A DNA stretch of 64,000 bases from an uncultured Planctomycetia bacterium. Its GTDB lineage: Bacteria > Omnitrophota > Gorgyraeia > 2-02-FULL-51-18. Every line of letters starts with the position of its first letter. Position 1 is the stretch's first letter. This document shows, piece by piece, positions 1 to 8,954 of this stretch. The stretch spans positions 159,678 to 223,677 of the forward strand of contig CAZXLF010000002.1 in NCBI GenBank assembly GCA_964642015.1, written 5' to 3'. Under the pieces are notes generated by a model, which worked only from the letters and a program-made list of their open reading frames with translations, searched no databases and had not been told where the DNA came from. Both the position numbers and the translations under genes were made by a program.

Positions 1-59
1 GGATTCATTGTGATAGCGATGCTTCTGCCGATGTTTGAGCTCAATTTAGCAGTGAAATA
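1..59 (+). CDS. gspF: 3' end of T2SS/T4P inner-membrane platform protein (GspF/PilC family), partial
   Basis: Frame 1 reads GFIVIAMLLPMFELNLAVK* up to the stop at 57-59. This resembles the conserved GspF/PilC C-terminus (…AMYLPIFKL…), and gspG lies downstream. Confidence 0.4.
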
Positions 60-941
60 ATGGGAACACCAGCGCACCAGTGTACCAGCGCACCAAAAAA
101 AGAAAAAACTTTTCGTAGAAGAAACAGTTTTCGTACATATGTGGTTTTGTTTTTGGTGTTCTGGTGTTCTGGTGTTCTGGTGTACTCATCTTCAGTGTAT
201 GGAGAAGATTGGAAGGAAGAAAAAGGGGACCATTTCATTATTTATTATCAGGGTGAGGAAAAATTCGCAAAAGATAGTCTAAGACAAGCAGAGGTTTATT
301 ATAACCAGATCGCTGACGATATTGGTTACCCGCGTTATTCGAATTTCTGGCAGTGGGATAATCGCGTGAAGGTCTATATTTATCCGGCCAAGGAAGAATT
401 TCAAAAATCATCAGGACAGCCGGCCTGGTCGAACGGCATGGCGGATTATACGAATAAAAAGATCCTCACTTATACATGGAGCGAAGGTTTTTTGGATGGT
501 CTTCTGCCGCATGAGATCACGCATCTGGTCTTCCGTGATTTTGTCGGTTTCAAAGGTCAGGTGCCTTTGTGGATCGATGAGGGTATCGCGCAATGGGAAG
601 AGCCGAAGAAACGCGCTATGGCCCGCCCGATCGCTTTTTATTTGATCCAGAAACAGAAAGTCATTCCGTTAGCGGATCTGACGATCATGAATGATCTGAG
701 CGGTAAAGATGAAGATACAGTGCATGCCTTCTATATGCAGTCTGTTTCGCTGATCGATTATTTGATCAAGAACTACGGCCCGCAGTCGTTCACTGATTTT
801 TGCCGCCAGCTTCGCGATGGAAAGAGCCTTAACGAAGCGCTCAGTTTTTCTTATTCTAATTCGATCAAAGATATCGATGAACTTCAATCCAAATGGATAA
901 AGTCAGTTATTAGTGAATACGTACCGAAAGTAAATGAATAA
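60..941 (+). CDS. Secreted or membrane-anchored zinc metallopeptidase, peptidase MA-like (HExxH … EGxA)
   Basis: The N-terminus is basic then hydrophobic (signal or anchor). Motif 'LLPHEITHLVF…PLWIDEGIAQWEE' matches the HExxH + EG[IL]A signature of Peptidase_MA_2-type proteins. The ATG overlaps the gspF stop (taATGg). Confidence 0.55.
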   Translation: MGTPAHQCTSAPKKEKTFRRRNSFRTYVVLFLVFWCSGVLVYSSSVYGEDWKEEKGDHFIIYYQGEEKFAKDSLRQAEVYYNQIADDIGYPRYSNFWQWDNRVKVYIYPAKEEFQKSSGQPAWSNGMADYTNKKILTYTWSEGFLDGLLPHEITHLVFRDFVGFKGQVPLWIDEGIAQWEEPKKRAMARPIAFYLIQKQKVIPLADLTIMNDLSGKDEDTVHAFYMQSVSLIDYLIKNYGPQSFTDFCRQLRDGKSLNEALSFSYSNSIKDIDELQSKWIKSVISEYVPKVNE

Positions 942-1383
942 TCAAAAGGAGAATCGAATGAGATCATTACGTGATTCAAAAGGTTTTACGCTGATCGAGC
1001 TCATGCTCGTTGTGATCATCATTGGTGCGCTGGTCGCGATGGTGATGCCAAGATTAGCGGGAAGATCTGAACAGGCGAAAGTAGGTGCCGCGCAGGCTGA
1101 TATCAGCGCAAATATCGCGACGGCGCTGAAACTTTATGAGCTGGATAACGGCCATTACCCTACGGCTGAAGAAGGTGGTCTTAACGCTCTGACCACGAAG
1201 CCTTCCAGCGCAACGAACTGGAATGGGCCTTATATTGAAAAAAAGCCCATTGATCCTTGGAATAGGGAATATATTTATAAAAGCCCCGGTACCCATCGTA
1301 CTTACGATTATGATCTTTACTCGTTGGGACGCGACGGCCAAGAAAGTGCGGACGATGTCAAGAACTGGGATAATAATCAATAA
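934..1383 (+). CDS. gspG: Type II secretion major pseudopilin GspG
   Basis: Prepilin N-terminal methylation motif 'KGFTLIELMLVVIIIGAL'. The C-terminal half '…DPWNREYIYKSPGTHRTYDYDLYSLGRDGQES' is typical of GspG. The true start may be the second Met at ~958. Confidence 0.85.
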   Translation: MNNQKENRMRSLRDSKGFTLIELMLVVIIIGALVAMVMPRLAGRSEQAKVGAAQADISANIATALKLYELDNGHYPTAEEGGLNALTTKPSSATNWNGPYIEKKPIDPWNREYIYKSPGTHRTYDYDLYSLGRDGQESADDVKNWDNNQ

Positions 1384-1786
1384 ACATCATACACGATGGT
1401 CTTCATCAGGCTTTACTCTGGTGGAGATCATGGTTACCGTGGCCGTATTGTCGCTCGGGACGCTTTTGATCCAACAGGGATTGCTGCGTTCCGCAGATAT
1501 CATCAATCATTACAATAACCAGCTTTCCGCTGAAACATGGGCAGCGCAGAAGGTTTGGGATATCAGAGAATCTTTTTTTTATTCCGCAGGCGGTAAAGCG
1601 CCTGACTCGGGCGGTTCTTTTACTGAATCGGGAAAGGATTTTGATTGGTCGCTTGAAACCAAATCGGTATCAGGGACGGACCAATTGTATTTTATCCATC
1701 TGGATATCAGGTGGCTTGAGGGCAATAAACCTGTGAATTTGGACAAATCTCTGTATATGACAGCGAACAAACAAAGCAAATTTTAG
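1355..1786 (+). CDS. Minor pseudopilin (GspH/GspI-like), prepilin-type N-terminal domain
   Basis: Prepilin motif 'SGFTLVEIMVTVAVLSLG'. There is no in-frame start after the gspG stop; the nearest ATG (1355) lies 29 nt inside the gspG 3' end in the +1 frame. The ORF-track start at 1223 is deep inside gspG and unlikely. Confidence 0.55.
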   Translation: MSRTGIIINKHHTRWSSSGFTLVEIMVTVAVLSLGTLLIQQGLLRSADIINHYNNQLSAETWAAQKVWDIRESFFYSAGGKAPDSGGSFTESGKDFDWSLETKSVSGTDQLYFIHLDIRWLEGNKPVNLDKSLYMTANKQSKF

Positions 1787-1790
1787 ATCG

Positions 1791-2414
1791 ATGAGAAAAT
1801 CGCTGATTAAAAGCATCCGGTCTTCCAAAGGTTTTTCCCTGATCGAACTTCTAATGGTGGCTTTTTTAGTGCCTCTTGTCGGATTTGCTGTTTATTCTAA
1901 TTTTAGTGCCGGTGTCAGAATATGGCAGCGTTTAAACCAGCAGACACCGCTTGAAGATCTCAGTATCTACCGTCAGAAGATGTCCCGCACTTTTGAATCG
2001 GTGATCAGATTTTCGCCGATCCCTTTTGAGGCGGATAAAGACGGCATTGTTTGCGCCGCTTTTATTACGACCGATGAAAAACTCGGCGGAGAGCACGGTG
2101 TCGGAGAGGTTAGGATATTCTATGATGACCGTTCAGGGTCCATCAAACGCGAAGAGAAAAATCTAAGTCTTGTTTACCGAGACAAGCCCGGCAAGATCGA
2201 CAATATTTTGGCCGGTGTCACAGACCTCAAGATCATGATCCTTTCTTATGATAAGCAGGATGATTCATTTAAATGGCTCGAGGAATGGCAGAATCATCCC
2301 AAGGTTGAAATGCCTTTGGCTGTAAAGCTCGAATTTAATTTCAGCAATGCAGGAGTTTCCAGGCATGTCACGGACACCTTTTTGATCCCCATAGGTGGAA
2401 TCTTTGAAACTTAA
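1791..2414 (+). CDS. Minor pseudopilin (GspJ-like), prepilin-type N-terminal domain
   Basis: 'SKGFSLIELLMVAFLVPLVGFAV' is a prepilin cleavage/methylation motif followed by a hydrophobic helix. Confidence 0.6.
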   Translation: MRKSLIKSIRSSKGFSLIELLMVAFLVPLVGFAVYSNFSAGVRIWQRLNQQTPLEDLSIYRQKMSRTFESVIRFSPIPFEADKDGIVCAAFITTDEKLGGEHGVGEVRIFYDDRSGSIKREEKNLSLVYRDKPGKIDNILAGVTDLKIMILSYDKQDDSFKWLEEWQNHPKVEMPLAVKLEFNFSNAGVSRHVTDTFLIPIGGIFET

Positions 2415-3444
2415 GGACCGCGGCAGTTTTTTGATCCTGGCTCTCTGGTCTCTTTCCTTATTAGCCGCATTTTCCATCAGTCTTGGTTATTCAGTCAGGC
2501 AAAAAGCCACTTTGCTGGATAGGATCGACACCTACGATGCGCTCTATCCGATAGCCTATTCAGGAATCGAGGCGGCTCGGGGTGTCATGAAAGTTCAGGA
2601 CCCATCAGTGAATATGAACACTCTAAGCGATGCGTGGGCTCAGAATAAAGCCCAGTTCAAAGATGTTGCGCTTGGTGACAAGGGTTATTTTTCCGTAAGT
2701 TATCAGTTGCCTGCGGCTGAAATGAGAGAAGCGACGATTGTTTACGGATTGGTCGATGAACAGAGCAAGATCAATATCAATACTGCCGACGCTGCGACGC
2801 TCACGCGCATTTTACAATCAACCGCATCACTGGACAAAGATGTGGCTGAGGATATTTCCTATTGTATCATTGACTGGAGGGACTCGGATTCGGTATTCGA
2901 GCACCCTAATTATGGCGCAGAAGACGATTACTACAATCATCTTGAAGTTCCCTACGGGGCGAAGAACGCGCCGTTTGAAGTGCTGGATGAGCTATTGGTG
3001 GTGAAGGGGATAAATCGGGAGATTTTTGATAAAATAAAACCCTATTTGACCGTTTACGGAACAGGGCAGGTCAATGTCAACACGGCACCAAAAGAAGTGC
3101 TATTAGCTTTGGGTCTTGAAGAACGGCTTGTCGAAAAACTTTTGAATTACCGTCGTGGCGAAGACCGCGAAGACAGGACGGCCGATGATCGTGCGTTCTC
3201 GCAAAGCAGTGTCATTGCCACCGAGCTCAGCAAAGTGACCGCCATAGATGGCGCCGAAACAGCGGCGCTGGGCGCGCTTATTTCGGATGGAAAGATCGGT
3301 ACTGTTTCGAGTCAATTTTTTGTGCACAGCCATGGAGTTCTGAGAAAGAATGGTATGTCTTTGGACATGGAAGCTGTGGTCGATCGAAAAGGGAAACTTT
3401 ATTATTTGAGGACTTCAAAAATTCAATGGCCGTCAAAAGTTTAA
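2395..3444 (+). CDS. GspK-like minor pseudopilin with tandem helix-hairpin-helix motifs
   Basis: N-terminal TM helix, plus two 'INTA'/'VNVNTAPKEVLLAL' HhH-like motifs characteristic of GspK. It overlaps the upstream gene by 20 nt. Confidence 0.5.
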   Translation: MESLKLKDRGSFLILALWSLSLLAAFSISLGYSVRQKATLLDRIDTYDALYPIAYSGIEAARGVMKVQDPSVNMNTLSDAWAQNKAQFKDVALGDKGYFSVSYQLPAAEMREATIVYGLVDEQSKININTADAATLTRILQSTASLDKDVAEDISYCIIDWRDSDSVFEHPNYGAEDDYYNHLEVPYGAKNAPFEVLDELLVVKGINREIFDKIKPYLTVYGTGQVNVNTAPKEVLLALGLEERLVEKLLNYRRGEDREDRTADDRAFSQSSVIATELSKVTAIDGAETAALGALISDGKIGTVSSQFFVHSHGVLRKNGMSLDMEAVVDRKGKLYYLRTSKIQWPSKV

Positions 3445-4907
3445 ACCTCAATTTCTTAAAGAAAAAGAGTCGCCCGGATCTTATTGGTATTGACCTCAAT
3501 GAAGAGCTGCTTAAGATCGCGCATGTCAGAGTCAGCAACTTGAAGCGGGAGGTCGTGAATCTGGTGAACCGCGAAGTGCGCGGCATGTCGGATGATGATA
3601 TTACTGCTTTTATTAAGCAGACAATCGTTGATTTTAAGATCGTGAATCCCCGCGCATTTATCGGCGTGCCTCTGCATACGGTGATCACAAGGAGCATCGA
3701 GATCCCATCGCGGGATCCGGATGAGATCCGGGAGATCGTCAGTCTTCAAGCGAGCCGGCACACACCCTATTCTCGGTCGGAGATCATTATCGATACGCTT
3801 TTGCTTGGAGTGGTGAGGGAAAATTATACAAAAGTCCTTTTGATCATCGTACCACGAGAGCTTATTGCCCGGCAGACAAAGATCATGGAACGGGCTAATC
3901 TGAAGATCGAAAGGATCTTTTTCCCTCCGGAAGGAATTTGTTACGCTTGTTCGAAGATCCTTGGCAATGAAACCAGCGATTCGGTCATAGCAATAGTGCA
4001 CATGGACACCACCTTCACGAATTTTATTGTGATACAGAAAAATAAGATACTTTTCGTTAGAGGCATTTCTATCGGAGCTGAACATCTTCTGGAGGAAAAA
4101 GATATTTATAGCGACCGTTTTGTCGAGGAACTCCAGAAGTCGCTGGAATCATATGTAATGGATGAGGCCGGACCAAAGCCGTCAGACCTTCTGTTGACCG
4201 GAGTGGTCGGCGAGATTACGGAATTGGACGATCTTTTCAGCGAAACGCTACGTATGCCGATCAGACACCAGACTTATTTTAATCACTTCGCTATTTCTGA
4301 CAAAGCGCGCGGAGTGGCATCTTCTTCAAAAGACATTTCATTTTTTAACCTGATCGCGCCTCTTTTGCTATTCGATAAGATGAAGATCGATCTGGTCTCC
4401 GAGGAACGTAAGCTCAGCATCCAAATCGAAAAAAGAGGCCAGGAAATGATGAAGACAGGCATTCTTTTGATGATCCTTTTTGCGTTGGTGTTCGTGTGCA
4501 TCGCCGAAAAGATTTATTTTAAAAGCGCTTACCTCGCTAATCTCAAAACCCGCTATAAACCTGTCAAAGACGATGCCAAAAAGCTCGAACAGCTTTTCTT
4601 GAAAACGCAGGTCATTAAAGATTATCTCGCGAATCGGGGCCGATCCCTTGAAACTGTCATCGAACTGGTCGACACGTTGCCGAAAGATGTCCGGCTATCA
4701 GACATTAAATATGAGGACGGCGAAAAATTCTCAGTGAAAGGCACTTCTAAGACCATGGGTTCGGTTTTCGCATTCGTGTCCAATCTGGATAAATCAGCCA
4801 AATTCAAAAATGTGAAGACAAAATACGTAACCACCCGCAATGAAGACGGTGTCGATGTAGCTGATTTTGAGATCGCGATGAACATCAAGAAAGAAGGTGC
4901 GACATGA
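3426..4907 (+). CDS. GspL-like or PilM-PilN fusion: cytoplasmic actin-like domain + TM + periplasmic domain
   Basis: N-terminal 'LIGIDLNEELLKIAHV' resembles the PilM/GspL actin-like start. A single TM helix (~aa 340, 'GILLMILFALVFVCIA') is followed by a periplasmic domain. The gene sits in the operon context. Confidence 0.5.
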   Translation: MAVKSLNLNFLKKKSRPDLIGIDLNEELLKIAHVRVSNLKREVVNLVNREVRGMSDDDITAFIKQTIVDFKIVNPRAFIGVPLHTVITRSIEIPSRDPDEIREIVSLQASRHTPYSRSEIIIDTLLLGVVRENYTKVLLIIVPRELIARQTKIMERANLKIERIFFPPEGICYACSKILGNETSDSVIAIVHMDTTFTNFIVIQKNKILFVRGISIGAEHLLEEKDIYSDRFVEELQKSLESYVMDEAGPKPSDLLLTGVVGEITELDDLFSETLRMPIRHQTYFNHFAISDKARGVASSSKDISFFNLIAPLLLFDKMKIDLVSEERKLSIQIEKRGQEMMKTGILLMILFALVFVCIAEKIYFKSAYLANLKTRYKPVKDDAKKLEQLFLKTQVIKDYLANRGRSLETVIELVDTLPKDVRLSDIKYEDGEKFSVKGTSKTMGSVFAFVSNLDKSAKFKNVKTKYVTTRNEDGVDVADFEIAMNIKKEGAT

Positions 4908-5455
4908 TGCGCAAACTTCTCCAGCTTTACCAGAAGCTGACCAAGCGGGAGAGGACGATTTTTTATGCGGTTTGTGTTGTTTTGGCCGTTTTGACCGCCG
5001 ATCGCTTGGTTATCGGACCGGTATTCCAGAAGCTTCTAGTGTTGGACAGACAAACCAAGGATGAGGAGGCGGCCATCAAGAAGAGTCTTCATGTGATCTT
5101 AAGAAAACCGCAGATCTCGGCCGAAAGCAAACAATTCGTGGTTTTTTCCGTCGAGCCTGAAAATCCCGAACAGGAAATGACGACGCTTCTCAAAGAAGTG
5201 GAAAACATCGCCGGACGTTCTTCGGTCAGTTTACTCTATGTAAAGCCGGGCAATTCCAAGGAGGACGGCGGAACCAGAAAATATTACGCGACTCTCGAAT
5301 GCGAAGCGCAAATGGCAGAGGTTGCCAGTTTCTTTCATAATATTGAGAATTCAACCAAACTCCTTCAAATAGAGAAATTCAGTATTCAGCCAAAGAGCAA
5401 AGATTCCAGCATCGCTAAATGTGCAGTGACGGTTTCTAGAACGATCTTATCGTGA
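4904..5455 (+). CDS. GspM/PilO-like bitopic membrane protein
   Basis: N-terminal TM helix 'IFYAVCVVLAVLTA' then a ~150 aa periplasmic domain. It is the last gene of the pseudopilin operon and overlaps the upstream stop. Confidence 0.4.
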   Translation: MMRKLLQLYQKLTKRERTIFYAVCVVLAVLTADRLVIGPVFQKLLVLDRQTKDEEAAIKKSLHVILRKPQISAESKQFVVFSVEPENPEQEMTTLLKEVENIAGRSSVSLLYVKPGNSKEDGGTRKYYATLECEAQMAEVASFFHNIENSTKLLQIEKFSIQPKSKDSSIAKCAVTVSRTILS

Positions 5456-6160
5456 CGCGGCGTTATCTTTTGGAGCTGTAGCAGCCGAAGCGGAGGGCGA
5501 AGGATTTGGGTTTACCGGTGGAGTTGTCGTTTCTTTCTTTTTTTCTTCCTTATTCTTGATCCAAGAATCGAGCATGTCCGCCTTGTCGGTCATTTTGAGT
5601 TTTCTCAGTTGAGCCACCTGCTGTAACGCCGAGTTTTTATCACCGGACCAGTAATAAGCTCCGCCCAAACCTAAATAGGCGCTATCGAGACTAGGGTTGA
5701 TCGCAATGGCTTTTTTGTAAGCATTGATGCCTTCGGCGAAATTTCCGCTAGCCGCATAGACACGACCCAGTTGATACCATTCATTTGCGCTTGACGGATT
5801 AAGTTTGAGAGCGTTTTCATAAGCATCGATCGCGTTTTGATAGTCACTTTTATTCGCATAGATCAAACCGAGATTGTGGTAGGCCGCGTAAGATTTTTCA
5901 AGGGTCAACGCATATTCAGTGAATCTTAATGCTTTATCAAGATCGCCCTTATTGGCGTAGGTGAGACCCAGGAGCAAATGGGCTTTGGCATTCTTTGGGT
6001 CCATTTTGAGAGCGTCTTCATATTGTTTAATTGCGCCGTCGTAATCTTTTTTTTGGACCAGCGCATTGCCTTTTGAAATGTCGTCTTCAGCTTGCCCGCA
6101 AAACGCCACCTGCGATAAGCCGGCTAGGCATACGATAAACAGGATCACTTTTTTTAGCAT
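5447..6160 (-). CDS. TPR-repeat lipoprotein with Pro/Ser/Ala-rich C-terminal tail
   Basis: Signal peptide with a possible lipobox Cys; repeated 34-aa TPR units ('AYHNLGLIYANKSDYQNAIDAYENALKLNP' and similar). Convergent with the gspM-like gene, overlapping it by 9 nt. Confidence 0.7.
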   Translation of the reverse strand: MLKKVILFIVCLAGLSQVAFCGQAEDDISKGNALVQKKDYDGAIKQYEDALKMDPKNAKAHLLLGLTYANKGDLDKALRFTEYALTLEKSYAAYHNLGLIYANKSDYQNAIDAYENALKLNPSSANEWYQLGRVYAASGNFAEGINAYKKAIAINPSLDSAYLGLGGAYYWSGDKNSALQQVAQLRKLKMTDKADMLDSWIKNKEEKKKETTTPPVNPNPSPSASAATAPKDNAASR

Positions 6161-6200
6161 GAATTATCCTTTTATGAAGGCTGTGGTCCTATTATAACAG

Positions 6201-7607
6201 CTATTGCCATTTTTTCACGGTCAAATGGATTATCTTTTGATCGGCCAAAGGACGGTCATTTTTATCCGTCGGCGCGTCCCCGATCTTGTGGACTATTTCA
6301 AAACCCGATATGACTTCGCCGAAAATCGTATGTTTTTTATTTAAATGAGGCGTTGGCGCAAGCGTGATGAAAAACTGGCTTCCATTGGTGTTCGGTCCGC
6401 TGTTAGCCATGGCCAGGATGCCTGCTTTTTCAAATTGCACGTTGTCACTCACTTCATCTTCGAACGGTTTGCCCCATATCGATTCGCCGCCTCGGCCGGT
6501 TCCCGTAGGATCCCCGCCCTGGATCATAAAGCTTTTGATCACGCGGTGGAAGATCAGGCCGTCATAGTATTTTTTTTCGGCGAGCGCCATAAAGTTTTCA
6601 CAGGCTTTTGGAGCCACCTGCGGATAAAGCTGTACTTCAAAATTTCCGGCGCTCGTTTCAAAGATAAGGACCTTATCCATTTCGTAATCTTTGAGATCAG
6701 CTCTTTTGATTATATCCTGTATGATTTTCTGTGTATTGTTGTAGTAATAGACTTGTTTTAGGATATTGATATACTGCTCTTTTTTCTTCTCATCGTACTC
6801 GGCCGGGTTGGCATCCTTTTTTTCTTTCAGGCGGAACACACCATAACCTTTGTACATTTTTGCCGGCGTTGAGATCTCATCTATCTTCATCGCATGGATA
6901 CGGTAGGCATCGTCTTTGGGGACCTGCCAAAGGTCGATCACTGCTTCGAGTGAAATATGGCCCGTAGGTGTGGCAAATTTGGGATTCTTTTTTTTCTCCT
7001 CATCCCAATCTTTGGCCGTGGTTTTTTTATAAAAGGCGTTCGCTTCTTCAAGTGTGGGGAAATTCACGAATTCGGTCGCCATTGAGTTGTATTGATTCAG
7101 GAATTTTTGTTTGGCGTCCTCTTCTTTGATATTGGGGGGAGGAGGGTTCATGATCTTTGACAGTAATTTTTTAATCTTCAAAAGATTTTCCACCCGCTTT
7201 TCAAAGATCACATGATTTTCTTTGAAAGTGTCCTGGACCCATTGGAAATAATTATAACTACCGTAAGTGATATTTTTTTCTGCTAATAATCTCGAAAGCT
7301 CTTTTTCGAGCTCTTGTTTGGAGATCGTTACTTTTTCGGTTTCAGCTTCTTTGAGAAATACGATGTTTTTCCATGCCTCTTGGCGACGTTCATTATCGGT
7401 CTGAGGTTCTTTGGGACTGATGGAAAATATAGAAGAACTTTTGAACGCGAAGTCAAAATCTTCTTTGGTCACATGCTGCCCGAAAACCTCACCCACGAAA
7501 GGAGGTTTGGCATCTTGAGCAGCAGAGGTTTCAGCCCAAGCAAAAGGACTTGCTGTGAAAAGATATGCAGAAAGGATTAAAACGGAATTAAATAAATTCT
7601 TTCTCAT
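6201..7607 (-). CDS. Periplasmic peptidyl-prolyl cis-trans isomerase, cyclophilin type, with long N-terminal chaperone-like extension
   Basis: Signal peptide. The C-terminal cyclophilin core 'FHRVIKSFMIQGGDPTGTGRGGESIWGKPFEDE' and 'HTIFGEV' match the cyclophilin signature. Confidence 0.8.
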   Translation of the reverse strand: MRKNLFNSVLILSAYLFTASPFAWAETSAAQDAKPPFVGEVFGQHVTKEDFDFAFKSSSIFSISPKEPQTDNERRQEAWKNIVFLKEAETEKVTISKQELEKELSRLLAEKNITYGSYNYFQWVQDTFKENHVIFEKRVENLLKIKKLLSKIMNPPPPNIKEEDAKQKFLNQYNSMATEFVNFPTLEEANAFYKKTTAKDWDEEKKKNPKFATPTGHISLEAVIDLWQVPKDDAYRIHAMKIDEISTPAKMYKGYGVFRLKEKKDANPAEYDEKKKEQYINILKQVYYYNNTQKIIQDIIKRADLKDYEMDKVLIFETSAGNFEVQLYPQVAPKACENFMALAEKKYYDGLIFHRVIKSFMIQGGDPTGTGRGGESIWGKPFEDEVSDNVQFEKAGILAMANSGPNTNGSQFFITLAPTPHLNKKHTIFGEVISGFEIVHKIGDAPTDKNDRPLADQKIIHLTVKKWQ

Positions 7608-7761
7608 CGGTTAAATCTAATTTACTAGAACTATGCATTTTTGTCAAATTCATAAAATTTTTTAACACCAAATGATTGAAAAGAATAGCTTTTTCCTTTA
7701 GAATATGGCGTTAATCGTCAAGCCAAGCTATTGAATGTATCAGTATATATAGGAAGGCAGG

Positions 7762-8124
7762 GTGGCAGTGCGGGCGGTTTCATTGAAGAAAAGGATCTTA
7801 TTTCTATCTTTGACGATGGGGCTGTTGTATGGCTCGTATGCTTTTTGTCTGACAAAGGAAGAGGAAGACGATATCCGTAAGGAAGCCACCGATTTCAAGT
7901 ATAACACGGTCACGACAAAAGAAGGGTTGAACTTTCGCGTGCCCGAGGATATGCCGGTGGAAACGAGGAACGGTATTCAAGCGCCGATCCCCTTTGACGA
8001 ATATATGTACGGCAAATTTAAACAAATAGACAGCCGCTTGAAATCCATAGATTCTAAATTAGACCATATCGAGGAATTATTGGCTTCCACGAAAGAAAAC
8101 AAACCAAGAGAGCTCAAAGGCTAA
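7762..8124 (+). CDS. Small secreted hypothetical protein with C-terminal coiled-coil
   Basis: Signal peptide 'ILFLSLTMGLLYGSYAFC'. No recognisable domain. Divergent from the PPIase gene. Confidence 0.35.
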   Translation: MAVRAVSLKKRILFLSLTMGLLYGSYAFCLTKEEEDDIRKEATDFKYNTVTTKEGLNFRVPEDMPVETRNGIQAPIPFDEYMYGKFKQIDSRLKSIDSKLDHIEELLASTKENKPRELKG

Positions 8125-8129
8125 CCGCT

Positions 8130-8936
8130 GTGCTTTTTAGATCCAACCACATTTTTTTCTTTACCGAAAAAGTCTACCTGTTTTTGATCTCCACATTATT
8201 GATCTTGCCGTTGCTGTTTGCCGGTTGCGCCCGGGTCCCAAGACACACGATCAGCGCTTCATATGTGCCCCCGCCGACTTTTGAGGGTGCGATGACCCAC
8301 GTCGTCGAGCGCGGTGAGACGCTATACCGGATCTCCAAAATTTATCACGTCGAAATCAGTGAACTGATGCGTGTCAATAATATCTACAACCCGACTCAGA
8401 TTGAAGTAGGACAACGGCTTTTTATTCCGCAAGCTGTGCTCCCGCCTCATATGTTAAGACCTTATGAGCCTCTCACGATCGAGGATGTCAGACGAATTGT
8501 TGGGCCGAAAAATGTGGGGTCTGACTGGCGAACGATCACGGTGCATCATAGTGGGACACTTCAGGGCAATGCCCGGCTTTTTGACCGCGATCATCGCCGT
8601 CGTAAAATGGGAGGGCTTTTTTATCATTTCGTGATCGGCAACGGAACCAAAAGCGCTGTCGGTGCGATAGAGGTAGGTTGGCGTTGGAAGAAACAGGTTC
8701 CCGCCAATCGTCCTTATGATATTCAGATCTGTCTTGTCGGCGATTTTGATCAGCAGGATGTTCAAGAAGGCCAGTTCAGTTCGTTGGTGAATTTGATCCG
8801 TGTCTTACAAGAGGAATATGGGATTCCGATCAGCGCGATCCGTCAGCACAAAGATATTAAAGGAAAACACACGGATTGTCCCGGTAGCCGGTTCCCTTTT
8901 CATAGACTTATATCCACGCTTTCCCAGGCGCGTTAA
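8130..8936 (+). CDS. Lipoprotein with LysM domain fused to N-acetylmuramoyl-L-alanine amidase (amidase_2/PGRP)
   Basis: Lipobox 'LLFAGC'. LysM 'TLYRISKIYHVEISELMRVNNIYNPTQIEVGQRLFIP'. Amidase_2 motifs 'ITVHHSG', 'YHFVIGNG', 'HTDCPG'. Confidence 0.75.
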   Translation: MLFRSNHIFFFTEKVYLFLISTLLILPLLFAGCARVPRHTISASYVPPPTFEGAMTHVVERGETLYRISKIYHVEISELMRVNNIYNPTQIEVGQRLFIPQAVLPPHMLRPYEPLTIEDVRRIVGPKNVGSDWRTITVHHSGTLQGNARLFDRDHRRRKMGGLFYHFVIGNGTKSAVGAIEVGWRWKKQVPANRPYDIQICLVGDFDQQDVQEGQFSSLVNLIRVLQEEYGIPISAIRQHKDIKGKHTDCPGSRFPFHRLISTLSQAR

Positions 8937-8954
8937 CAGGAATTTTATTCATTT

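Noticed and set aside
1223-1354. ORF-track start of the second pseudopilin at 1223
   Set aside because: Would place 58 extra codons entirely inside gspG in another frame; the start at 1355 (or coupling) is more parsimonious.
6345-6761. 138-aa and 67-aa plus-strand ORFs
   Set aside because: Embedded antisense in the cyclophilin PPIase gene.
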